63,942 nucleotides of DNA, filler included, from Octopus bimaculoides (GCF_001194135.2; 4 parts of 4 records of this genome joined end to end with filler, not necessarily neighbours in it); one strand, 5' to 3'; shown: positions 25,631 through 38,054, numbered from the whole stretch's first letter. Notes: generated by a model from the letters alone, not told the origin. Numbers and translations: made by a program.

Positions 25631-27309
25631 GTGTGTGTGTGTGTGTGTGTGTGAGTCAATGTGAATGTGTGAGTGGGAAAGCATATGCGTGAGTGCTTGT
25701 GTATGCACACATGTCTCAGTGCATAGATGTGTGTGTATGATTTTGTGTTAGCTTCTCATTGCTTGAAAACCAATATTGGTTTGTTTACATCCCTGTAACT
25801 TAGCAGTTCAGCAAAGAGCGTCTAACAGCATAATTACGAGACTTAGGCTGCAGTCCAATGACTGACACATACATCTGCCCCTATATCAACCAATAAGAAG
25901 GCAATGCATAATATGAAGGACATCTGGCAGCTATTTCTGGCAGGTGAAGCAACCACACAAAGCTTCCTGTGTCGCTTCCGCACTTAAGTGCATTTTTATG
26001 GTGTCTGGACACTGCATACTTACATTTCAAAGCATTGATACCAAAGTTTAAAATATTTTTTTTTCCATGACTAGAAAACCTATTTGCCATCAAGTGCAAC
26101 ATTGACATACACATACATGTCTATAACATACAAACACATACATTCAACACAATATATTAGACACAAATACACACACATTTATATGTATATGTGTATATAT
26201 CTAAAAAAAAAAAAAAAAACCTCATTATTTACACGCTTGAATAACGGTTTACTGACTATATTTACGAAAGATACACAACTTTAAACATTTTTTTTTTGCA
26301 TTCTATATCAATTTACAATAAGATAAAGAATTTCATGTTTTTTTTTTGTTTTTTTTTTTTGTTACTGGCAGTACTTGATAAACCATGATGTACAACTATA
26401 AATTCAGACATACAGAAACACATAAACATGCTCAGATATATACACACATATACGCATTTATGCAAATACTCATACACACACAATAAAAATACATACACAC
26501 AGATATATATATACAGATATTTATAAATCCACACACATCATAAACAATACACATACACACACATATACATACAACTACATACAACTATGTACATATATAC
26601 ATGTGTATTTGCATACAACATAAAAACATACATATACATACATACATATATATATGTGTGTATGTTTTATGTTGTATGCATATACATATATATATATATA
26701 TATATATANNNNNNNNNNNNNNNNNNNNNNNNNNNNNNNNNNNNNNNNNNNNNNNNNNNNNNNNNNNNNNNNNNNNNNNNNNNNNNNNNNNNNNNNNNNN
26801 CATACATACAAATATACAAAGACACAGACACACATATATATGTGCATACATTTCTCTGAATAGCACACATACATAAGTGTGTGTATACACATGCATGCAG
26901 ACAGACATACATGCATATTTAGGCACGGTAAAAAGAGTAAAAGGAAGAGACTTGATCATAAGCCAGAAAAATTAAAGTTTATGATCAAAATCATATAAAA
27001 AAAAAAAAATCCAGAAAATTATTTTTGAAATAGATAAAATATCTGAACAGATTAAAAAAAAATAAAACTAATTAAGATTAACAGATGTTAGACTGGATAA
27101 AACCAAAATGGCACGATCTAAGCATGTGTATATATATGTAAGAGTGTTTGTGTGCATATACATATATAAATATATACAAACACACACATGTATCTATATA
27201 CTCATACATATATTACATGTACATATAAATACACACACACACATATATATATACCCACATACATATATACACATGTCCATTTATATATATATATATATAT
27301 ACACACAGA

Positions 27310-27515
27310 CATCGTGTTTTTCTCCTTGTCTCCGTATTCTTTCTGTTGAAGAGCGTAGCTCGAAACGTCAAAGACTCTCCGTNNNNNNNNNNGAGCGTAG
27401 CTCGAAACGTCAAAGACTCTCCGTATTCCCGAGCGTCATACTAATATATACTTTTGTTATTTACACCACCTGTCCTCGTCTGTTGTTATTATTTGTATAT
27501 TCTCCCATATATATA
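27310..27515 (+). mobile_element. Penelope-like-derived short repeat, copy 2
   Basis: Matches 2715-2880; contains a 10-N gap with an artefactual 30-bp overlap. Confidence 0.55.
27338..27374 (+). ncRNA. minimal type-I hammerhead-like motif, GUC triplet
   Basis: TCTTT | CTGTTGA A | GAGC-GTA-GCTC | GAAA CGT C | AAAGA. Confidence 0.5.
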
Positions 27516-27729
27516 TACACATACATGTATAATATGTGTGTGTTGATGTATAGTTAAGAAATTTGTCTCCCAATTACATGACCTCAGGATCAGTTCCAAT
27601 GCAAGCCACCTTGAGCAAGTTTCTTCTACCATAACCCTGATCTGATCAATACCTTGTGAGCAGACATGGTACACAAAAATTAAAAGGAGCCTGCTGTATA
27701 TGCAAGTGTGCATACATATTTATATATAT

Positions 27730-28075
27730 GAAAGACCCTCTTTGGTCATGAATGACCCTGAGATTGTACCTACAAAGTTACCCTTCAAGGCACAAGTCCA
27801 GGCAAGGTTGTTCATGGAAGACCAGCAGTCGCCCATGCATGCCAGCCTCCCCTCTGCATGCTGCGGGTGTTATCCAAGCGAAAGGCAAAAGGGGCCGATG
27901 CAGCTTGGTATCAGTGATGTCACAAATCATTTCTATAGCTAAGTGAACTGGAGCAACGTGAAATAAAGTGTCTTGCTCAAGAACACAACACAAAGCCTGG
28001 CCCGGGAATTGAACTCGCTACCTCATGATTGCGAGCCCGACACTCTAACCAATGAGCCATATGCCTTCTCCAGAT
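27730..28075 (-). mobile_element. SINE family B, full length
   Basis: tRNA-like head, GTGTTCTTGAGCAAGACACTTTATTTCACGTTGCTCCAGTTCACT core, tail ...CATTCATGACCAAAGAGGGTC on the minus strand. Confidence 0.85.
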
Positions 28076-28588
28076 ATATATATATACACACACACACATG
28101 TCTAACCCATGCCAGCATGGAAAGCAGACACTAAATGATGATACATACATAAATACATTCATATATAGACTGGCTTCTTTCAGTTTTCATCTACCCAATC
28201 AGTCACAAAGCTATGGTCAGCTCAAGGCTATAAAAGAAGGCACTTGCCCAAGGTGTGACGCACTGGGATTGAACCTGGAATCATCTGGTTTGGAAGCAAA
28301 CTTCTTACTATGCAGTGATATCAAATGTTTGTCGCTGACCTGTCTAGGAAGACAATAACTCTGCGATATGAACTCACACAGAATATGACAACTCCCCCAA
28401 CCCATGCCAGCGAGCAAAGCATAAAATAACAATGATGATGATCTTCTGCCACTACCATCGCTTCATTGGAGGTCTTGCTCAAGAACACAACACACAGCCT
28501 GATCCGAGAATTGAACTCACTACCTCATGACACACTAACCAATGAGCCATGTGCCTTCTCCAGATATATATATATATATATATATATA

Positions 28589-28688
28589 NNNNNNNNNNNN
28601 NNNNNNNNNNNNNNNNNNNNNNNNNNNNNNNNTTAATTAATTAANNNNNNNNNNNNNNNNNNNNNNNNNNNNNNNNNNNNNNNNNNNN
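28589..28688. other. artificial scaffold-join spacer 44N-TTAATTAATTAA-44N
   Basis: Exactly 100 bp; six-frame stop 12-mer; same construct at 58267-58366 and 61624-61723. Confidence 0.97.
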
Positions 28689-28699
28689 CGATGATGATG

Positions 28700-28761
<62 letters not shown>

Positions 28762-30099
28762 ATATATATATATACTGAAGAGAAGATATTTGTATAAATA
28801 TATGTATAAATATAAAACACATATGTATAAATGGTATAAGATATATGCATTTAAATATGCAGATATATACAGAGAGAGAGAGAGAGAGAAAGAGAGAAAT
28901 ATGTATAATTAAAGGAAACATATGTATGAATATTTCAATCATGGGGGTGTTATCACTGGCATGATGACCCTCTCGAGATACAACAAAAAAAATCCTATCT
29001 ATGAATACTGATGGACACATCTATGTATAAACATGTATAAATGGTGTATAAAACATATATATAAATATTGGGCAGAACATGTATGTATAAATGTTGAGTA
29101 AAACAATGTTGATGTGGTGAAACATGAATGTATAATGTGTTAGATAAGTAGTTACTAGGACTGGCCAAGTTTGCAGCTTGGTATTTAGTTTTGTGTGAAA
29201 TGCATGCAAAAATTCAATGAAAAATAAAAATAGAAATCTATCACATGAAATACAACAAATGGCACTTGAAAGTACAAGAAGTTAGTATTTTACAGGAGTG
29301 ACGATACACAAGTAAGTTGAATTCCAGAGAGGCATTGTTCAGAATGTAAACCTGATTGTTATGTCTCATTGTAAGGTTTAAGGAATGACACATAGTCGGT
29401 AATTGTAAAGATGTATTACAGTTCTGTAAAAGAGAGAATGAGAGTAGTATGTAATCAGTATCATGTTTGTCTGTCAGAGCCATGAGGGCTATTCGAGTTA
29501 GGGTGACTGATGACTTGTGTAGTGACCTTGTTTAAAGTAAAGAAGAGTTGCACACTGTCAGCCTCACTCTCTCATCCTTGACCAGTTTCAATTCAGTGAC
29601 AAGACCAAGTATGAAGACATGGAAACAAATACAGTGGATAACAAAGATGTCTTATTTGCCCCATCTTGCTCTCTACACTCTACAATGTGTTGTTGCAGCC
29701 ATCTTCCACTCTGTCAAACCATGAAAGATTCTTCTGCAGAGCCCGACAGATCCAGTCTCCACATTTATAGGTAGGTAAGCCCTAATTCACCAACAGTTAT
29801 ATACCTGTTGGCTATTCTTGCCTGGTATAGCCCACCAATTCAAGCAGCTTACTACAGACATGGCCACTGTTGCCTGCAAACAGCTATTTGGAGCCACTGA
29901 TGAGAGTAGGGTCCAGGTGGAAGCCAAAGTGGACGAACCAACCCCATTAGTGCAACATGTTCTCTCATGAAATGTGCTGCCTCTCCCTGACATCCTATAC
30001 AGTGACAGTGGAAAACATAAGACTGACAAACATTAAATGATTGAGTTCTTTTGTTTTTGTTTGTTTTCGATAAAGACACGATTAAGATGAGCCAAATTA

Positions 30100-30276
<177 letters not shown>

Positions 30277-30524
30277 TTATTATCAAATGGAAAACAGAAA
30301 CGATTAGAGACATATAAACATGTATAAGAAGACCACAACAGAAGAGAAGAGAGAAGTAGAGCAACACGAAAGAGTACTGGACAAGGAGAGAAAAAGAGAG
30401 AGAGATGGTGGAAATATTGAGGCTTGTTGATGACTGGGAAAAGAATGGAAAGAAGAGGCTGTGTACCCTGATGCCACCTCTAGGTAATGGATTTTGATTA
30501 ATATAAGATACATCATAATTATCA

Positions 30525-30850
30525 TCATCATCATCATTTTAATGTCCACTTTTCCATTCTTTCATGGATCGGACAGAGTTTATTGAGGTAGCTTTTCTAT
30601 AGCCAGATACTCTTCCTGTCATCAACCCATACTTGTCTGGCCATGGGGGAAATATTACCTTGCTTGGAAACGTGTCTTTGCAAAATATCAGAAATGGATG
30701 ACACTGCTTGTATGACGGTGACACTTATTTACAGCTATCACACAATGTCAAGACAATCACACACACACACGAAGGTATATATACAATAAGCTTCTTTCAG
30801 TTTCCACCGATCAGATTTTCTCACAAGGCTTTGGTTAGCCTGTAGCTATA
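30525..30850 (-). mobile_element. SINE with family A core and RTE-like 3' tail
   Basis: CATCATCATTTTAATGTCCACTTTTCCAT...TTTTCTATAGCCAGATACTCTTCC joined to GCTTCTTTCAGTTTCC...CACAAGGCTTTGG. Confidence 0.7.
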
Positions 30851-30989
30851 GTGCTGGTCTGCTGACTCACTTAAGAGAGTACCAAGTCAGAAGAAAAACA
30901 GACTTGGTTAGTGAAGATTCATCTAACCCATGTCAACATGGAAAGTGGAAGTAAAATGATAATATACACATGGGTATATATGTGCATGC

Positions 30990-31028
<39 letters not shown>

Positions 31029-31516
31029 TGTGTGTGTGCATACCCCAGTTGACTGGCACTTCATTTCAATCACCCCAGTAGAATGAAGAGTAAAGTTGAC
31101 ACTGAGAAAAATTAGAAGGGAGGAGCTAGAACAAAATACCACAAAGCACGTTGTTGGATACTTCACCGATTCTACCAACCCATCACCATCTTTTAGTATT
31201 GATAAGGCTTCATGAGAACGGAGTGGTGGTGGAGTTGGTAGTAGTAGTAGTAGTAAGAAAGTTAAAGAAACAATACATGACTGAATGACTGACATAAAGA
31301 AAAGGATAAGAGAGAGGGGACGGAGAGAGAGGGGGGAAACGGAGGATATAGGGGGAGAGGGGGGAATCTTGAAAAAACAGTTTGCGTGCTTTCATTATAA
31401 ACACATCTGATGTGGATATCAAACACCAAAGTACATCCCATCTTGGGGGAGGAGCAGATGACAACATGACATGTGTATAGAGTTGGGACACCAAATCCTC
31501 TTTGTGTTCATATGAT

Positions 31517-31551
31517 TATTTTTTATTCTTTTATTTTCAATGTAGGTAAGT
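31517..31551 (+). promoter_or_regulatory. recursive-splice-site-like motif (Y-tract TAG|GTAAGT)
   Basis: TATTTTTTATTCTTTTATTTTCAATGTAG|GTAAGT; AG at 31544-45. Confidence 0.4.
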
Positions 31552-31604
31552 GAAAATGCGTGAGAATACAAATTAAATGTATGTATATATTAGCAGGAAT
31601 GGCT

Positions 31605-31750
31605 GTGTAGTTAAGAGGCTTGCTTTGCAGCCACATGGTTTCAGGTTCAGTCCCACTGTGCAACACTATGGACAAATGTTTTTTTTTATTATAGCCATGG
31701 GCTGATCAATGCATTGTGAAGGAATTTAGTAGATGGAAACTGTGTGGAAG
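31605..31750 (+). mobile_element. SINE A head/core
   Basis: GGAATGGCTGTGTAGTTAAGAGG...GGTTCAGTCCCACTG. Confidence 0.75.
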
Positions 31751-31774
31751 CCCACTGTGTGTGTGTTTGTGTGT

Positions 31775-32060
31775 GAAGGCATGTGGCCTAGCGGCTAGGA
31801 TGTTGCACTTACAATTGCTAGATCATGGGCTCAATTCCTGGACTAGGCAATGCATTGTGTTTTTAAGCAAAACATTCATTTCATGTTGCTCCAGTCCACT
31901 CAGCTGCCAATGGGTAACCCTGTTTATGGAATAGCCTTCCGACTGGGAATATGCTGGGCTACTTCCCTAGCCAACAGAGTAGTATCATTCAAAAGCTAAA
32001 ACAATGCAAAGTGCACTGTGAACAGTGATGTATAACATCTGATAGTCTGATCAATACCAT
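31775..32060 (+). mobile_element. SINE family D
   Basis: GCATGTGGCCTAGCGGCTAGG head, TGTTGCTCCAGTCCACTCAGCTG core, GTATAACATCTGATAGTCTG tail. Confidence 0.75.
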
Positions 32061-32342
32061 GGTATCGCAACATATAAAGATGCTCTTTGCCCTATGGTCA
32101 TGACTGACCATGGGGTTGCACCTAGAAAGTTACCTTCTGAGGCACAAGACCGGGCAGGGTTGTTTATAGAAGAGCAGCAGTCACCCATGTATACTAGCCT
32201 CCCTTCTTCAGGAGGAATGGGTCTGGTCATCTAACAAGCAGAGTGGCATTGCTCAAAAGGGACAACAATGTATGGAAGTACATTATGACCAGCAGTGGTT
32301 GTATAACATCTGATAGCCTGGCCAATATATTGACACAGTGAC

Positions 32343-32380
<38 letters not shown>

Positions 32381-32401
32381 NNNNNNNNNNATATATATAT
32401 A

Positions 32402-32439
<38 letters not shown>

Positions 32440-33068
32440 TTTAGTACATACACAAATCAGTATCCACATATAGAAATAAATTCTCATGCACAAACACACA
32501 CACAAGATACACATATATTGTAGACATATACATATATAGAAACTATACAACTACATACGTACATACCTATTAGAGTATCAAATATTTCAACAATAACTTC
32601 AGCCAAGCAAGTACAAATATCTGGGGATTTTTACAAACAAGTTGTCTTCTTTAGAACTCTTTTTCTCTCCCTCTCTCTCTCTTTTTCTTTCCCTCCCTCC
32701 ATCACAAATAATAAATAAACAAAAATAAATAAATAAAAACAGCAATGAGAGCTAAACAGATGTTCTTTGAAAATATTTCATACACTTAAATCATCTGTTT
32801 TCACATCTGCATACATGTGTGTGTGTATATGCATGCATATACATACATATAACCATACACATACATATATATATATACATAAACACACACATACATAGAT
32901 ATCTACATGCACACAAACACACGAATAAAAATACATGCACGTACACACACACACACACACACAGCCTTTTCAACATGAAATTCTTCCTGACATGAGTGTG
33001 AACGCTGATAAACTTGTAACCCTTGGTGTAAATTATCAAATATTAACACTGAATAAATTATTTCTGTT

Positions 33069-33069
33069 A

Positions 33070-33130
<61 letters not shown>
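33069..33130. repeat. (ATT)n microsatellite
   Basis: Directly visible. Confidence 0.95.
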
Positions 33131-33133
<3 letters not shown>

Positions 33134-33164
33134 AATATATCTTCACACGTATGTATATATATAT

Positions 33165-33718
33165 ATCATCATCATCATCATCATCATCATCGTTTAACGT
33201 CCGCTTTCCATNNNNNNNNNNNNNNNNNNNNNNNNNNNNNNNNNNNNNNNNNNNNNNNNNNNNNNNNNNNNNNNNNNNNNNNNNNNNNNNNNNNNNNNNN
33301 NNNNNNNNNNNNNNNNNNNNNNNNNNNNNNNNNNNNNNNNNNNNNNNNNNNNNNNNNNNNNNNNNNNNNNNNNNNNNNNNNNNNNNNNNNNNNNNNNNNN
33401 NNNNNNNNNNNNNNNNNNNNNNNNNNNNNNNNNNNNNNNNNNNNNNNNNNNNNNNNNNNNNNNNNNNNNNNNNNNNNNNNNNNNNNNNNNNNNNNNNNNN
33501 NNNNNNNNNNNNNNNNNNNNNNNNNNNNNNNNNNNNNNNNNNNNNNNNNNNNNNNNNNNNNNNNNNNNNNNNNNNNNNNNNNNNNNNNNNNNNNNNNNNN
33601 NNNNNNNNNNNNNNNNNNNNNNNNNNNNNNNNNNNNNNNNNNNNNNNNNNNNNNNNNNNNNNNNNNNNNNNNGTTTTTCACCCTGGAATGAGATAGAAGT
33701 TGTTTCCTGTTTGTTTGC
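33165..33718 (-). mobile_element. 5'-truncated RTE LINE, interior in gap
   Basis: Left flank CATCATCGTTTAACGTCCGCTTTCCA is the RTE tail; right flank reverse complement encodes ANKQETTSISFQGEK, as at ~55160-55205. Confidence 0.85.
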
Positions 33719-33720
33719 AG

Positions 33721-33760
<40 letters not shown>

Positions 33761-33940
33761 GAACATATGAATGTATGTCCTGACACCAAATCTTCAAATA
33801 ATGGTAAAGAATATAGTAGAAAAATAATATGGAAGCCAAACTGATGATGCACTACATGAATTCTTCACAGGAATATGGAATCTTGAACCATACAGGTACT
33901 TGTTAGAAGAGCTTGCAAAGAAACATGCACTCATACTCAT

Positions 33941-33973
<33 letters not shown>

Positions 33974-35638
33974 TATACACATACATACACACACACATGC
34001 TGGGCAAGAAAGAAAAAAGCATTTGGAAACAGTGAGACACAAATAAGTAATCAATGAAAAAGAAGGAAGATGAAGAATAAGAGGACAGAAGAGCTGTGCC
34101 CCAGCATGACCACAGTCTAATAACTGAAACAAGCAAAAGAGATAAAACACACACACACACACACACATGCTTCACAAGGACACTACTTGGATTCTAACTC
34201 TATCTACATACCACACACACACACATATATATATATATAAATCTTTAGTTAAATATATTCAATGAGAATATTATATATGGTATGTAGATAGAGTTAGAAT
34301 CGAAGCAGTATCCTTGTGAAGCATGTCTGCCTATTCCAGTGTTCCAAAATTGTATGTAGATGTTAAAATTCTGTGACACAAGTATAAGAGTTGAAAAATA
34401 TTGTAAAATAGTATTTGCAGAGTAATTACATATCAAAACAGGAGATTGGATAAAAAAAAAAAAAACTCGGGTGTTATTTATTCAGCATTACATGTGTTTC
34501 ATTTGGTAATAGGAGTAACAAGTTTGTACATGTAGGAGAAAACGTGTAAGATATACAAATATCCCCTATTAGAAATTCTTCAGATAGAGAATTGAATCTT
34601 TAGTTGACATGTACAGTTTTGTAACTCCTGTTAGCAAATGAAGCATGTGTAATCGTGAATAAATATTACCAAAACTTTTATATATATATGTCAGTAAATA
34701 GTGGGGTTGTGTTAACTGCACATGGAGAAATAATAGGAAAATGAAAAATAATAATAAGGCAGAATGCTAAACTGAAAGCATATTTTAATATAGATGTGTA
34801 AAAAGGATTTCTAACCAGCTTTCATTGCATGGCAAAGTTTCAAGAAGAGGGAGAATGAAAATGTTTTTTACAAAAAAGTAAAAAATAATATATAAAAAAA
34901 TAAATATACCAATACATTATATTGTCTTTGAGCTTTTAAAGTTCAATGGTNNNNNNNNNNNNNNNNNNNNNNNNNNNNNNNNNNNNNNNNNNNNNNNNNN
35001 NNNNNNNNNNNNNNNNNNNNNNNNNNNNNNNNNNNNNNNNNNNNNNNNNNNNNNNNNNNNNNNNNNNNNNNNNNNNNNNNNNNNNNNNNNNNNNNNNNNN
35101 NNNNNNNNNNNNNNNNNNNNNNNNNNNNNNNNNNNNNNNNNNNNNNNNNNNNNNNNNNNNNNNNNNNNNNNNNNNNNNNNNNNNNNNNNNNNNNNNNNNN
35201 NNNNNNNNNNNNNNNNNNNNNNNNNNNNNNNNNNNNNNNNNNNNNNNNNNNNNNNNNNNNNNNNNNNNNNNNNNNNNNNNNNNNNNNNNNNNNNNNNNNN
35301 NNNNNNNNNNNNNNNNNNNNNNNNNNNNNNNNNNNNNNNNNNNNNNNNNNNNNNNNNNNNNNNNNNNNNNNNNNNNNNNNNNNNNNNNNNNNNNNNNNNN
35401 NNNNNNNNNNNNNNNNNNNNNNNNNNNNNNNNNNNNNNNNNNNNNNNNNNNNNNNNNNNNNNNNNNNNNNNNNNNNNNNNNNNNNNNNNNNNNNNNNNNN
35501 NNNNNNNNNNNNNNNNNNNNNNNNNNNNNNNNNNNNNNNNNNNNNNNNNNNNNNNNNNNNNNNNNNNNNNNNNNNNNNNNNNNNNNNNNNNNNNNNNNNN
35601 NNNNNNNNNNNNNNNNNNNNNNNNNNNNNNNNNNNNNN

Positions 35639-35673
<35 letters not shown>

Positions 35674-35683
35674 TACATGTATA

Positions 35684-36569
35684 CAGGGTGTGTAAGGTAT
35701 TTGAGGACATACCTTTTTGGGGTCATTGCTGCATTTTTTGCTAACTCTGTATAATCTTTGTTTCAGAAAATAATAATGGCAGACCCTCAGCTTACTTGAG
35801 AAATGAAGAGGCATGCTGTTATTGTGGTTGTAAAGGTTGAGTATAGCAATTTGATTTGTTTTTTTTTTCAAATGAGAAAAGCCTTGACCAAGATCAAACA
35901 GTTAACAGAAGAAATGACAGATGGTTATGTGCAGACCCTTCTGAAGTTACAAGTGTTATGCATACAAAATTTCCTGCAACTGTCATGGTTTTAGGGGTTG
36001 TCAGCAATGAAGAACATGTGATGCCTCCTTATTTCTTTCCACAAGGCCTTAGAGTTAACTCTGCTACCTACATTAAGGTCCTGAAAATAATTGTTAAGCC
36101 CTGGATAGACAGTGTATGCAATGGAAAGCCATGTGTGTTTCAGTAAGACTCTGCACTATCACACATGGCTCTAGTAAGAAAAAGAATGGATGGTTGAAAT
36201 TTTTCATGATCACATAACTCCTAACATTTGGCCTCCTAATTCCCCAGATTTCAATCCATTTGACTATTATATGTGGAGTGTTGTTGAGAGGGGGGGGTCA
36301 ATGATCACACCCATAACACCAAAGATTTTTTAAAAGCTGCCATAGTCAGAGTAATGTCCAAAATGAACCAGGACCACTTGATTCAAGCATGTAGATGATT
36401 TAGATCTCATATAGAAGCAGTTGTTGAAGCTGAAGGTGGCTTTATTGAATAACATTATAGAAAAGGTTTATTTTTATCCTCATAGCATTTTATGATAAAG
36501 TTATTATTTATTATTATATATGTTTTTTTCATAAACATAAATCCGTCCTCAAATATCTTATGCACCCTG
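35684..36569 (+). mobile_element. internally deleted DD37D (maT-like) Tc1/mariner element, both TIRs, TA TSD
   Basis: TA|CAGGGTGTGTAAGGTATTTGAGGAC ... GTCCTCAAATATCTTATGCACCCTG|TA. Relic transposase 35776-36452: FSNEK, FQ*DSA, WPPNSPDFNPFD, ending EAEGGFIE*. There are 37 residues between D2 and D3 after correcting one frameshift. Confidence 0.93.
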
Positions 36570-36685
36570 TATATATACATAACATACTGTTTTGTTTGGC
36601 AAGCTATACAAGCTCATTTGACTTGTTCTACCAGAGCATGAAACTTATAAGTAGTTCATATTTAAACCCTATGTTTATTAATTGA

Positions 36686-36734
<49 letters not shown>

Positions 36735-37166
36735 ATGTATGTGTACATGCATGCATGTATGTATGTTTGCAGTTCTGTATCCCTGATGGTTTGTCTATAT
36801 TTAGGAAAAGCATTTGTAAAGCTTTTATCATTTCATCATATCAGGTGAGGTGCTATAACTAAGTTTCATATTGTTCTTGCTGTAGAGATATCATTGCCAA
36901 TACATAGCTATAGCAATCAAATGGTATCAGATGTGATGAAAGTCATACAAATTCATAATGTATAAATTTCTCAGAACAGACAAAACGCAAACAAGATCAG
37001 ATCAATCTACAATTGTGGGAAACCATAGTACAGTTTCACCTTTAAAACTAATGATGGTTAATCCTTCAAATACAAAATTAAATTTCATGATTATTTTAGT
37101 AAAGATGATAATGAGAATAGAATTGGTATTTTCTGCAAGTCACAGTGCCTCAATAAATCTGACGCT

Positions 37167-37502
37167 TAAAGACTCCCTTCAGTCATGAACGACCATGGGA
37201 TTTCACCTAGAAAGTTCCCCTCCGAGGCACAAGTCTGGGCAAGGTTGTTTATGAAAGACCAGCAGTCGCCCATGCATACCAGCCTCTCCTGTCCATGCCA
37301 CCAATGTTATCCAAGGGAAAGGCAAAGGCTGATACAGCTCGGCACCTGTGACGTTGCAACTCATTTCTACAGCTGAGTGAACTGGAGCAATGTGAAATAA
37401 AGTGTCTTGCTCAAGAACACAACGTGCAGCCCAGTCCAGAAATCAAACTCATGACTTCATAATTGTGAGCCCAGCACTCTAACCACTGAGCCATGCACCT
37501 TC
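37167..37502 (-). mobile_element. SINE family B
   Basis: Matches 27730-28075. Confidence 0.85.
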
Positions 37503-37536
37503 ACCTATCTGTTTATCGATCAATCTATCTAAAAGG

Positions 37537-37853
37537 TAAAGACTCTCTTTGGTCATGAATGGCCATGGGATTACACCTAGAAAGTTATCTACTAAGGCAA
37601 AAGTCCAGGCAAGGTTGTTTAGGGAAAACCAGCAGTCGCACATGTATACCAGCCTCTCTTCTCCATGTTACCAATGTTATCCAAGGGAAAGGCAAAGACA
37701 GATACAGCTTGGCACCAGTGATGTCACAACTTGTTTCTACAGCTGAGTGAACAAGAGCAACACAAAATAAAGTCTTACTCAAAAATAGAAGACAGTCTGG
37801 TATTCGAACTCATTACCTCATGATAGTGAGCCTGATGTTCTAACCACTGAGCC
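37537..37853 (-). mobile_element. SINE family B, tandem second copy
   Basis: Head-to-tail with 37167-37502. Confidence 0.85.
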
Positions 37854-37854
37854 T

Positions 37855-38004
37855 CAATGCTTAGCGGCATTTCGTTCTTCTTTACGTTCTGAGCCGAGGT
37901 CGACTTTGCCTTTCATCTTTTCAGGGTTGTTAAAATAAATACCAGTTGAGTAATTGACTATCCTGCTTCCCCAAATTGCAGGCCTTGTGCATATAGCAGA
38001 AAGG

Positions 38005-38010
<6 letters not shown>
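37855..38010 (+). mobile_element. SINE family C, 5'-truncated
   Basis: GAGGTCGACTTTGCCTTTCATCTTTTCAGGGTTGTTAAAATAAATACCAG core. Confidence 0.8.
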
Positions 38011-38036
<26 letters not shown>

Positions 38037-38054
38037 CCTTATTATTATATAATT

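Noticed and set aside
26024-26070. 47-nt minus exon reading SWKKKYFKL (PH-domain-like)
   Set aside because: Motif arises from an A-run, the acceptor is weak, and no neighbouring PH exons were found.
27351-27422. Apparent tandem hammerhead pair (would suit dimeric cleavage)
   Set aside because: The two 30-bp copies are identical and flank a 10-N gap; this is a typical contig-overlap artefact unless long reads show otherwise.
28633-28644. TTAATTAATTAA palindromes (also 58311-58322 and 61668-61679)
   Set aside because: Each is centred in exactly 44N+12+44N; an artificial six-frame stop spacer, not biology.
29833-29970. ATVACKQLFG as an SRCR motif
   Set aside because: Lacks the WGTVCD and other SRCR cysteine context.
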